Shown here piece by piece: positions 38,998-47,269 of a stretch of DNA of 64,000 nt. The notes under the pieces are model-generated. The model worked only from the letters and a program-made list of their open reading frames with translations. It had not been told where the DNA came from and searched no databases. A program made the position numbers and the translations under genes. This DNA comes from an uncultured Peptoniphilaceae bacterium (GTDB taxonomy: Bacteria; Bacillota; Clostridia; Tissierellales; Peptoniphilaceae), in assembly GCA_964533865.1 (NCBI GenBank), contig CAZHRC010000001.1, positions 218,159 to 282,158 on the forward strand, given 5' to 3'. Within the stretch, counting starts at the first letter, position 1. Each line of letters opens with the position of its first letter.

Positions 38998-39685
38998 AGT
39001 GATTTTATTAGTTGAAGATGAGGAGAGCATTCGAAAGTTCACAAAGATCAACTTAGAGCGTGAGGGTTTTCAGGTCTATGAAGCGGAATCTGGAGAATTA
39101 GGTGTGGAACTCGCCCTTGCCCATAAGCCAGATGTCGTCATTTTAGATGTCATGTTACCTGGGATAGACGGCTATGAAGTATGTAGTATTTTACGGTCTA
39201 AAATGCCTAATCTGGGGATAATTATGTTAACCGCGAAAACCCAAGAGGTCGATAAAATATTGGGACTTGAACAAGGCTCGGATGATTACATGGTAAAACC
39301 CTTCAATCCGAAAGAGCTAGTTTTGCGTATTAAGTCACTTCTACGACGAATAAGATCAAACGACGAAAAGAAAAATGAAAACCTGATTGAAGACAGTGTT
39401 TTCAGATTAGATCTACAAGCAAGGGCGCTGTTTAAAAATAATACTGAAATTGACTTGACCCCGACGGAGTTTGCTCTACTCAAAATATTTCTATCAAATC
39501 CGAATCGCGCCTTTTCAAGAAATGAACTTTTGGATTTAACTTGGGGCAATGAATTTGTTGGCGAAACAAAAATTGTAGATGTCAATATTAGACGAATCCG
39601 TTCTAAAATTGAAGACCAACCCGCTAAACCGGTTTTTCTTGAGACTGTATGGGGAGTAGGGTATCGCTGGAGGTCGGCTGATTAG
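38990..39685 (+). CDS. OmpR-family response regulator
   Basis: Receiver domain (LLVEDEESI...ILDVMLPGIDG...MLTAK) plus a winged-helix C-terminus (ETVWGVGYRW). ATG 38990 overlaps the glcK stop. The ORF-track start at 38927 lies inside glcK. Confidence 0.9.
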   Translation: MSEVILLVEDEESIRKFTKINLEREGFQVYEAESGELGVELALAHKPDVVILDVMLPGIDGYEVCSILRSKMPNLGIIMLTAKTQEVDKILGLEQGSDDYMVKPFNPKELVLRIKSLLRRIRSNDEKKNENLIEDSVFRLDLQARALFKNNTEIDLTPTEFALLKIFLSNPNRAFSRNELLDLTWGNEFVGETKIVDVNIRRIRSKIEDQPAKPVFLETVWGVGYRWRSAD

Positions 39686-39688
39686 TTG

Positions 39689-41095
39689 ATGAAGTTTAAT
39701 AATAGCATTAAAAATAAAATCATTGGTTATTTTATGATCGTCATCGTCGTTGTCGTTTTGTTTTTTGAAGCGTTTACAATTCTATCGGTACGCGATTATT
39801 ATTACTCATCGATGGCCGGGGTGTTGTTTAATCAGGCTCGCTATAATGCTGAGCTCTATCGTTCTAACTTGTCAGACTACACACTGGAAGAAGTGATAAG
39901 CGAGAACAAAGACCAATTTTACCGTAACAATAAAGCTCAAGTTCAAATTTTAGACAACTCGGGTTTGGTATTGTTTGATTCTATCGGCAGTCAAGATGTA
40001 GGAGGCGTGCAAGCGACAATTGACGTATTGGAAGCCATCGCAGGTAAAGGGGGAAGCGCAACTGGCTATGTCCCTTATCACGACGGACAAGTTATGTCTG
40101 TGAGCTATCCCCTAAAAAATCAGTCTGATCAAGTGGGGATCATCCGCTTGACGACAAGCTTGACCAATGTCGATGGATTATTAAAAGATCGAATTGCTAT
40201 TTTCCTCATATTTGGTGCATTGACGATCAGTATTGCACTATTAATTTGCATCATCATGGCAAACTCTATCATTCGACCAATTAAAGATCTAATCGAAGTG
40301 GCGACAAAATTAGCCGATGGTCAATTTAATGTTAAGGCCGATGTGAACAATCAAGATGAGATTGGGGAACTTAGTCGAACGATGAATTTCATGAGCGATA
40401 ACATCATCAAGAAAGAAGAGATAAAGAATGACTTTATATCCTCAGTATCTCATGAGTTGCGCACACCGCTTACCTCGATTCGCGGTTGGGCGATTACCTT
40501 GCAAGATGAAGTAACAGGCGATAATTCCCTAGTTGGGGATGGACTAAAAATTATTGAAAAAGAAAGTGATAGATTGTCATCAATGGTTGAGGATTTGTTA
40601 GACTTCTCGCGTTTTACCTCGGGGAGATATACGATTAGCAAGGAAACTTTTAATCTTGTGGAGATTGCCACAAATATTAACAAACAGTTGAAACCAAAGG
40701 CGGATGAAAAGCAAATTGATTTGATTTTGAACTATGACAATGATCCAATAGAAGTCATAGCAGATTCCAATAGAATCAAACAAGTATTCATCAATATAAT
40801 CGACAATGCACTCAAATTTACTGATAATGGCGGTGTTATCGTCACCAATTTAACGACGGATCCCAATGAAATTTTGATTGAAATCATTGATACTGGTATT
40901 GGTATCAGCGATGATGAAATTGAGTTGGTTACGACAAAATTCTACAAAGGAAGTTCCAGTCATTCACACACAGGCTTAGGATTATCGATATGTGAAGAAA
41001 TTATACAAGGCCACGGTGGGCGTATGGAAATACTGAGCAAACTTGGAGAAGGTACGACGGTGAGGCTGTACTTGCCAAGGGGGTATGACTTATGA
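39689..41095 (+). CDS. Sensor histidine kinase (2 TM, extracytoplasmic loop, HAMP, HisKA, HATPase)
   Basis: H-box SHELRTPLTSIRGW, N-box NIIDNALKFT, G-boxes DTGIGI and GLGLSI. Confidence 0.9.
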   Translation: MKFNNSIKNKIIGYFMIVIVVVVLFFEAFTILSVRDYYYSSMAGVLFNQARYNAELYRSNLSDYTLEEVISENKDQFYRNNKAQVQILDNSGLVLFDSIGSQDVGGVQATIDVLEAIAGKGGSATGYVPYHDGQVMSVSYPLKNQSDQVGIIRLTTSLTNVDGLLKDRIAIFLIFGALTISIALLICIIMANSIIRPIKDLIEVATKLADGQFNVKADVNNQDEIGELSRTMNFMSDNIIKKEEIKNDFISSVSHELRTPLTSIRGWAITLQDEVTGDNSLVGDGLKIIEKESDRLSSMVEDLLDFSRFTSGRYTISKETFNLVEIATNINKQLKPKADEKQIDLILNYDNDPIEVIADSNRIKQVFINIIDNALKFTDNGGVIVTNLTTDPNEILIEIIDTGIGISDDEIELVTTKFYKGSSSHSHTGLGLSICEEIIQGHGGRMEILSKLGEGTTVRLYLPRGYDL

Positions 41096-42585
41096 AAAGG
41101 AAGTATTTAGTTCTGATTCTAGTCGTAGCGAGTGTGTTGAGCGGATGTCAAAATTCAAAGGCTGAATTTGAAGTCATCGATATTATGGAAAACGTAGAAA
41201 AGCCAAAAAACAACAATACGCCACTTATCGGCACATGGGAATTGACACGGATTGACGATTCAATGGCGACGAACACTTCCGAAGCAAAATTCAATATCGG
41301 AGATCCTCTGTATATTTCAGAAAAAGTAGTGTCCTTTAGTAATCGTTATACGACGCGACCTAGCTTCAACGCGCGGTTGGTGAAAACAGAAGACTATGTG
41401 GCAATCAAAGGAAATGAGCCACTAAACCTCTTAGAAGAGACTAAAACAAATTATGAAGTTATCAACATTAAAGATGGACAAAAATTCCTTCAGGATATCG
41501 TCAAACTTTCAGGTGGGAAAATCGCATTTTGCTATGAATCAAGGCTTTTTGAGTTTAAGAAGGTATCGGATACGGTGCCAAAAGAAATCATTGAAGTGTT
41601 AATTGAAAAGGAAAAAGACCTATCATTGAACACCCAGTATCATCAGACAGCAGTAGCAGTCGATACAAGTATTATTATTGGGGTTAAAAGTGTGCTTTAC
41701 GATGGCGATGGGAGCCCAAGCGAAATCTACGACTCCTATCTTTTACGGAAAAAAGTTGATTCCGCCCCGCTCATCTATCGCATGAAGAATCTTTTTGTCC
41801 CTAGAAGTAGTGGATTTTGGTTTGTGGGTGTCGATCAGATTGTAGACCAGGAGTTTAGAGGCGAGAAGTTATATGCCTATCCCACATCTGTTCACGGCGA
41901 CAAAAGCCAGCAAAAGAACTATATCCAAGAGTCGAAGCATAGAGAAATTACATTTGTCAACGACGGTTACATTGGAGTCCAGGTCAATGGAATCCCTGCA
42001 GATGGAATATACCAATTTGAAATACACAACACAGAGAGTTTGAGCAACAATAAGCCGCTCACCATCCTAGAGATAGGAGGTGAAGACGGCTTAGCTCACT
42101 ATAAAGAGACACTAAATAAAGAATGGCAAATATTGACGGATTCTGATAAAACTACGGAGCTACTTGCTCCTCCAAGTAATATTGGGATTGTTCGAAAAAA
42201 TGGCCGATGGCAGTATGCCTCCACTTTGTTTCTCGAGGACAGAATACCTAAGTCACTACGGCAATTCTCACTAGACTTCGTCCCAGCCATTGAACTTTTT
42301 AAAGTAAATGATCTAGCGATTCCATGGTCTGATATACAGACGAAAGTCCCCAATGCTAAAGATGCGCATACGTCACCTAACGGGGATCTCGTCATCATAC
42401 AAGATGGGGACGAATTGATGCTTTACACAGTTAATGGGGGTATCATAGGTAATGTACCCGTAGTATCCATACCTTTAAGCAAAACATCGTCTATCGTTAT
42501 GGCAGAATGGGCGTTTAACGCCTATGCGGGCTTGTGGGAGGAGTCATTTACCACATTTAAGCTCTCACCCGTACAGTACTATTAG
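41092..42585 (+). CDS. 497-aa lipoprotein of unknown function, coupled to the kinase
   Basis: Signal peptide with lipobox LSGC. The start overlaps the kinase stop (ATGA). Confidence 0.75.
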   Translation: MKRKYLVLILVVASVLSGCQNSKAEFEVIDIMENVEKPKNNNTPLIGTWELTRIDDSMATNTSEAKFNIGDPLYISEKVVSFSNRYTTRPSFNARLVKTEDYVAIKGNEPLNLLEETKTNYEVINIKDGQKFLQDIVKLSGGKIAFCYESRLFEFKKVSDTVPKEIIEVLIEKEKDLSLNTQYHQTAVAVDTSIIIGVKSVLYDGDGSPSEIYDSYLLRKKVDSAPLIYRMKNLFVPRSSGFWFVGVDQIVDQEFRGEKLYAYPTSVHGDKSQQKNYIQESKHREITFVNDGYIGVQVNGIPADGIYQFEIHNTESLSNNKPLTILEIGGEDGLAHYKETLNKEWQILTDSDKTTELLAPPSNIGIVRKNGRWQYASTLFLEDRIPKSLRQFSLDFVPAIELFKVNDLAIPWSDIQTKVPNAKDAHTSPNGDLVIIQDGDELMLYTVNGGIIGNVPVVSIPLSKTSSIVMAEWAFNAYAGLWEESFTTFKLSPVQYY

Positions 42586-42589
42586 CAGA

Positions 42590-42636
42590 AAAACAGGGCC
42601 TTTTCTTAGAGAGAAAGCCCTGTTGTTTTTTGTTTT
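42590..42636. terminator. Bidirectional terminator
   Basis: aacagggc...gccctgtt, with gttttttgtttt downstream and a T run on the other strand. Confidence 0.8.
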
Positions 42637-42955
42637 AACGTTTTTGTGTTTTAGCTTTTTTCTCGTCAAGTATGGTATCGATGATCGCTTTTCTTGAAAA
42701 GGGATCTAATGGATAACACTTATCAATGATTTTAATCTTTTCCTTGCGCGTCAATGTCTTAAACCAATATTCCAGACTGCATGCATCGATTTTATCTTCG
42801 CAATCAAAGGTGATTCTAAGTGCAACTGGGGTTCTCGATCGCGTATACTTAGACGCAGTCCCGTCGTTGTGTGCAGCAAGTCGCCTATCGAGATTATTCG
42901 TCCAACCGGTGTACAAAGTGCCATCGGCACATTCCAAAACGTAGACCTTATACAT
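42635..42955 (-). CDS. Small GIY-YIG nuclease-superfamily protein (UPF0213 type)
   Basis: MYKVYVLECADGTLYTGWTNNLDRRLAAHN. The true start at 42955 overlaps the recX stop. The ORF-track N-terminal extension is rejected. Confidence 0.85.
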   Translation of the reverse strand: MYKVYVLECADGTLYTGWTNNLDRRLAAHNDGTASKYTRSRTPVALRITFDCEDKIDACSLEYWFKTLTRKEKIKIIDKCYPLDPFSRKAIIDTILDEKKAKTQKR

Positions 42956-43556
42956 TGGGATCACAACAATGATTGTAAGCTCTTTTTGCAGTGGCGTAGG
43001 AAAAGCCTTTGCCAGCGAGAAACCTAAAAAGTTGATCTTTAGATTTTTGCGTACCACGCAATTTTTTTGATAAGTGATAAATGGCATTTTCTAACTCAAT
43101 TTCATCGGTGGCTGCCTCCAATGGTGACGAGATCAGTGAAGAAGCGACACCTTTAGATATTAAAGCAAAGCGAATCTTTTGTTTACTGTCCTTGTATAGC
43201 CTCAAACGTTCATCGACGTAGATTCGAACAAATCTTTCATCGTCAAGGTGATGATTCTTGTGAAGGTAGCCTATTGTTTCATCGATGACCCCTTGTGGGT
43301 ATTTCTCCTTTTTCAATCGTTCAATAACCTCATGTACAGTTCTCAAGCGATAAGAAAGGAAATGTATCGCAATTTGACGAGCTTGAGATTGATCATTTTC
43401 AGTTTTGAGTTGATCGTAGAGAACGGGACTAATCTCCATACCCACCGATAGTTCAAACTGGTCGTAGAGGTGATAAGGGACCTTGAAACAATCCGTTGTA
43501 AGATGTACTTCGATTTGGTGGGTGCTCGAAAGGTACTTAATTTCTATAATTTCCAT
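42948..43556 (-). CDS. recX: RecX-family regulatory protein
   Basis: Three tandem helical repeats, with the pattern A..FLSYR.RT..EV..RL.K..Y......ETI.YL....HLDDERF...YV. Confidence 0.75.
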   Translation of the reverse strand: MEIIEIKYLSSTHQIEVHLTTDCFKVPYHLYDQFELSVGMEISPVLYDQLKTENDQSQARQIAIHFLSYRLRTVHEVIERLKKEKYPQGVIDETIGYLHKNHHLDDERFVRIYVDERLRLYKDSKQKIRFALISKGVASSLISSPLEAATDEIELENAIYHLSKKLRGTQKSKDQLFRFLAGKGFSYATAKRAYNHCCDPNV

Positions 43557-43651
43557 TAAAACAACGCGAGTATTGACGGGATAAAACCCGCGAGCATGAC
43601 AAGAACTAAAATCAATGCCATGATCCTAGCTGCTTTTTTAGAATTGCGCAT
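43556..43651 (-). CDS. Unannotated 31-codon hydrophobic ORF (MRNSKKAARIMALILVLVMLAGFIPSILALF)
   Basis: GGAGG lies 5 nt upstream of the ATG. The stop TAA shares a base with the recX ATG (TAATG). It has a single TM helix with a basic N-terminus. It is below the ORF-track length cutoff. Confidence 0.5.
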   Translation of the reverse strand: MRNSKKAARIMALILVLVMLAGFIPSILALF

Positions 43652-43822
43652 AATTGCCTCCTATTTGTAGATAGTATGCATCTCTTTAACTAAATTTTAG
43701 CATACCTGATCAAATAATTCCAGATAGCAATCTAAACATTCTTATCACATCTGCTGTTTTTAGCCAGTTGACACAATTGTAGAGTAATGATACGCTTTTA
43801 TTGATACCGATAGGAGGTAGTC

Positions 43823-44485
43823 ATGCACAAAACGCTATCCGATAATGACACATTACTTTTTCAAAACATAGAGGCTTTATCATCGAGGCTTACCCGATTG
43901 ATGAGCCTTCACGAAGACGCACTAGCAATTGTCGCACAACATGCTGACCAACAGGATCAACGCCACCTTTATCGACTACTCATCCAGCGATTTAAACTCG
44001 AAAACGAAGTATTAACCTGTTTTAGACGCATGGAGTTATTGACCGAAGGCTTGCTCTTTAATGATGACATTAACAGCGCTCATATTTCTAATGCAGTCGA
44101 ACATGAACAACGCTCGAATCGAAAGTTTATTGACCGTATGGAAGCGATGTTAAAAAAAAATGGAACGACGGTGTCAGAACGATCGGAATATAAATTGTTA
44201 CTCAAACGCATTAAGGGTTTCCAACCTCACTTATCTGATCATTCTTACGATGATGAAGTAGAATCGTTGATCCCAATTTTAGAAGAGTTTGCTACTCAAC
44301 TTACTTACGAACTGGGAATGATCACTTCCTTACAAAGTAATTTTGAAGCGACACAAAAAAACAAAATAGATATTGGAGAGCTCACTCGCCAAATCGAACG
44401 AAATACGCTACAATTAAAGGGAACAATTGATCGGCTCTATACGCACTACCTCGTGATGATGCCCGATAGTTTGTGGATAAATTAA
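43823..44485 (+). CDS. 220-aa all-helical hypothetical protein
   Basis: RBS TAGGAGG. I recognise no motif. Confidence 0.5.
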   Translation: MHKTLSDNDTLLFQNIEALSSRLTRLMSLHEDALAIVAQHADQQDQRHLYRLLIQRFKLENEVLTCFRRMELLTEGLLFNDDINSAHISNAVEHEQRSNRKFIDRMEAMLKKNGTTVSERSEYKLLLKRIKGFQPHLSDHSYDDEVESLIPILEEFATQLTYELGMITSLQSNFEATQKNKIDIGELTRQIERNTLQLKGTIDRLYTHYLVMMPDSLWIN

Positions 44486-44498
44486 AGGAGAGTATATT

Positions 44499-44726
44499 AT
44501 GGCAGAAATAACATTTGAAATTGTTGAAGAGCTAGGCGTCTTATCGGAAAGCGCTAGGGGATGGCGTAAAGAATTAAATTTAGTAAGTTGGAATGGCAGG
44601 GATCCAAAATACGACATTCGCGAGTGGTCTCCCGATCATAAGAGAATGAGTAAGGGTATTACCTTAACAACGGATGAAGCAAAAATGATACTTGAAATTC
44701 TCAAAGAAGAAGATTTTCAAGAATAG
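44499..44726 (+). CDS. YdbC / PC4-like small ssDNA-binding-fold protein
   Basis: FEIVEELGVLSESARGWRKELNLVSWNGRDPKYDIREWSPDHKRMSKGITL matches the YdbC-family pattern as I remember it. Confidence 0.7.
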   Translation: MAEITFEIVEELGVLSESARGWRKELNLVSWNGRDPKYDIREWSPDHKRMSKGITLTTDEAKMILEILKEEDFQE

Positions 44727-44739
44727 AAGGCTTACGACT

Positions 44740-44763
44740 GCTCATGTTTACATGAGCTTTTTT
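44740..44763 (+). terminator. Intrinsic terminator after the YdbC-like gene
   Basis: gctcatg ttta catgagc tttttt. Confidence 0.75.
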
Positions 44764-44775
44764 AGTCGAATAAAT
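44747..44775 (+). promoter_or_regulatory. Candidate promoter TTTACA-17-ATAAAT embedded in the terminator
   Basis: The -35 is the terminator loop and 3' arm (44747-44752). The -10 is at 44770-44775, about 22 nt before the cobU ATG. Confidence 0.4.
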
Positions 44776-44797
44776 AAAAAGCTCAAAAGGAGTGGCG

Positions 44798-45334
44798 ATG
44801 ATCACTTTAATTACCGGAGGCGCTCGATCTGGGAAATCAAGTTTTGCGGAAAAGTTACTGAAATCAGAGAAAGATGTGGTCTACATTGCCACAGCTGAAG
44901 TATATGATCAAGAAATGAAAGATCGAGTCGCACATCACGTTGCAAGGCGCCCCGATCGATGGCGTACTTTCGAAGGGTTTCGCTATTTGGATCGAGCAAT
45001 CGGTCTGGAAAAACATTACCTCATCGATTGCATAACAAATCTAGTGAGTAGAGAACAGTATGAACACACTAAAAACCAAGACAAGATATCGTCGGATGAC
45101 ATTGAACGCATTGAAAAATCTTGTATTGCTACAATGAGTACTTTCATAGATGAAGTCGTTTCCATTGAAGGTAACCTGATCATCGTCACCAATGAAATCG
45201 GCAATGGACTGGTACCGATGGATAGTATTTCTCGTGGTTATCGAGATATTCATGGACGTGTTAATCAATACTTGGCCCTGAGAGCGGATCAGGTGTATCT
45301 CGTTGTTTCCGGAATCGAGGTAAAGATAAAATGA
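44798..45334 (+). CDS. cobU: Adenosylcobinamide kinase / adenosylcobinamide-phosphate guanylyltransferase
   Basis: P-loop ITGGARSGKSSFAE. ATG 44798 follows AAAGGAG. Confidence 0.9.
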   Translation: MITLITGGARSGKSSFAEKLLKSEKDVVYIATAEVYDQEMKDRVAHHVARRPDRWRTFEGFRYLDRAIGLEKHYLIDCITNLVSREQYEHTKNQDKISSDDIERIEKSCIATMSTFIDEVVSIEGNLIIVTNEIGNGLVPMDSISRGYRDIHGRVNQYLALRADQVYLVVSGIEVKIK

Positions 45335-46047
45335 TAAAGGGCTTCATACTCGCTATTCAATTCTTAACGAGACTTCCTGCGCCTGTAGCTATCGATTTCA
45401 ATTCTGAAAATATAAGAACATCATTGAAATTCTATCCACTAATAGGTGCATTAATCGGAGTTTTATCAGCGATTCCACTCATAGCCCTTCCTGATCTCAT
45501 CGGTTGCTGGCTGAGTTTGATTGTCTATATTATAGTGACAGGAGGCCTTCACCTTGACGGGGTTGGTGATGTATTTGATGGTTTTTTATCAAATCGACCA
45601 AGCGAGATGACTTACGCGATTATGAAAGATTCGAGAGTTGGAACATTTGGCGTGGTTGGTTTATTTATTTTATTGTCAGGTAAGGTTGCGATGTACTATA
45701 AGCTCATATCTTTTCCACTAGGGGTGATCCTATCAGCTGTCTATAGTCGATGGCTCATTGTGTGGGTACTAAAGCTTTCAAGGAACGCTTTTGAGGGTGG
45801 ACTTGGAAAAATATTTAAAGAAGGGGTACCAGGGGTATCATATAGTATATTGACAACAGTCCTGTTGTCGGCCATTGGATTATACAATATTCGATTATTA
45901 TTGCCATTACTTTTTATCCTACCATTAGCCTTCGCAATCGTCAGATGGTCTTACGTCAAAATTGGAGGTATCTCTGGCGATGTCAATGGTCTCATCATAG
46001 AATATTGTGATCTATTATCTCTATTGGTCTTTTCGGTGGCGAGATGA
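45331..46047 (+). CDS. cobS: Adenosylcobinamide-GDP ribazoletransferase (cobalamin synthase)
   Basis: N-terminus FLTRLP, DGVGD motif, polytopic membrane protein. ATGA overlap with cobU. Confidence 0.9.
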   Translation: MIKGFILAIQFLTRLPAPVAIDFNSENIRTSLKFYPLIGALIGVLSAIPLIALPDLIGCWLSLIVYIIVTGGLHLDGVGDVFDGFLSNRPSEMTYAIMKDSRVGTFGVVGLFILLSGKVAMYYKLISFPLGVILSAVYSRWLIVWVLKLSRNAFEGGLGKIFKEGVPGVSYSILTTVLLSAIGLYNIRLLLPLLFILPLAFAIVRWSYVKIGGISGDVNGLIIEYCDLLSLLVFSVAR

Positions 46048-46601
46048 AAAAAGTCATTCTAGTTAGACATGCCGTGAGCGAGGATAATATGGCAAAACGC
46101 TATCCTGGAGATTCGCCGATATACCTCAAAGGCGGTGACATCCTTGAAAAAACAAAGTGTAAACTTGCAAACGAGCCATACGAAGTGTACTACAGTTCAC
46201 CCGATTTGCGATGCATTCAAACGGGAGCATATTTAACCCCTAAAAAGCCTCGCATAGAATATGCTATCGCGGAACGGAATTATGGTATATTTGCAGGCCA
46301 TACCTATGAAGAAATTGAAGCATTGTATCCGGACTGTGTAAAATCTTGGTTTGAAGATTCATGGAATTATCTGATCCCCAATGGCGAAAGTCTTGCCCAG
46401 ATGCACGAGAGAGTTATTGACTTTTATAAACGATTGATTCAAAATGATTCATCAGCTTTACTTATTACCTCAGAGGGGGTAATACGGTTACTTATCGCGC
46501 ACGTATTAGGCGAAGACAAACATTATTATCGTTTTCATCCATCCAATAGTAGCGTGACGATGATCACTATAGAAGGAGATTACGCGAGCATTCAATGGTG
46601 A
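46044..46601 (+). CDS. cobC: Histidine-phosphatase-family protein, likely alpha-ribazole phosphatase
   Basis: LVRHA...N phosphohistidine motif and a position after cobS. ATGA overlap. Confidence 0.7.
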   Translation: MKKVILVRHAVSEDNMAKRYPGDSPIYLKGGDILEKTKCKLANEPYEVYYSSPDLRCIQTGAYLTPKKPRIEYAIAERNYGIFAGHTYEEIEALYPDCVKSWFEDSWNYLIPNGESLAQMHERVIDFYKRLIQNDSSALLITSEGVIRLLIAHVLGEDKHYYRFHPSNSSVTMITIEGDYASIQW

Positions 46602-46639
46602 TGCTGTAAACTCTTAGTGCTTTAGTCAAGGAGGAGGTT

Positions 46640-47269
46640 ATGGACTTTATAAATAAGATCCAAAAGAACGCTCCCGATCAATCAATGGAACTCTACGACC
46701 ACCTTGAGGTCGTGGAGAACATCTTGTTGGAGCTCAATCTAATCCTTTCTTTGACTCAGACTGAAAAAAGTGAACTTTTAGAGTTTACAGATCGTATTTC
46801 TGACTTGAGGGAAGGATTATTTATCAATTCTTATCAAGCTTCATTTATCGATGAATTTTTATCGTTTGCCACCGATCCTAAGCGGCCACATAGTCTTAAC
46901 GAGGATTTCACTTTCGCCAGACCCATCGGTTATGATATCTATCGAGGGAAGCGTATAGAGGTTACGACTTTTAAAGGACTTTATATTTCCCTCTGCGAAT
47001 ATTTTCTTCGTAAAGATACCATTCTTTTTTACGGTTTTTGTGAATTATCCTCTATGAATGGTACGAAGCGAAATTATTTCGGGAGAACGCCAAAGGGAAT
47101 GATCGCACCTTTTGCACTGGATCGCGATTTATATATCGAAACAGCATTTTCGGCTAATCGAATTCGCGATTTGCTACGTAATATTTTGCGTGAATACAAT
47201 ATTGAGTCTTCCGCTGTAAGACTGTACTTCCGTAAGACAGGAAGGAGAAAGAGGAATTATGTTTTATGA
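46640..47269 (+). CDS. 209-aa hypothetical protein
   Basis: Strong RBS AAGGAGGAGG. No recognisable motif. It ends 11 nt inside the patatin gene. Confidence 0.5.
   Translation: MDFINKIQKNAPDQSMELYDHLEVVENILLELNLILSLTQTEKSELLEFTDRISDLREGLFINSYQASFIDEFLSFATDPKRPHSLNEDFTFARPIGYDIYRGKRIEVTTFKGLYISLCEYFLRKDTILFYGFCELSSMNGTKRNYFGRTPKGMIAPFALDRDLYIETAFSANRIRDLLRNILREYNIESSAVRLYFRKTGRRKRNYVL

Noticed and set aside
44692-44898. ORF 44692-44898(+).
   Set aside because: It reads through an intrinsic terminator and the cobU start, in a different frame from both real genes.
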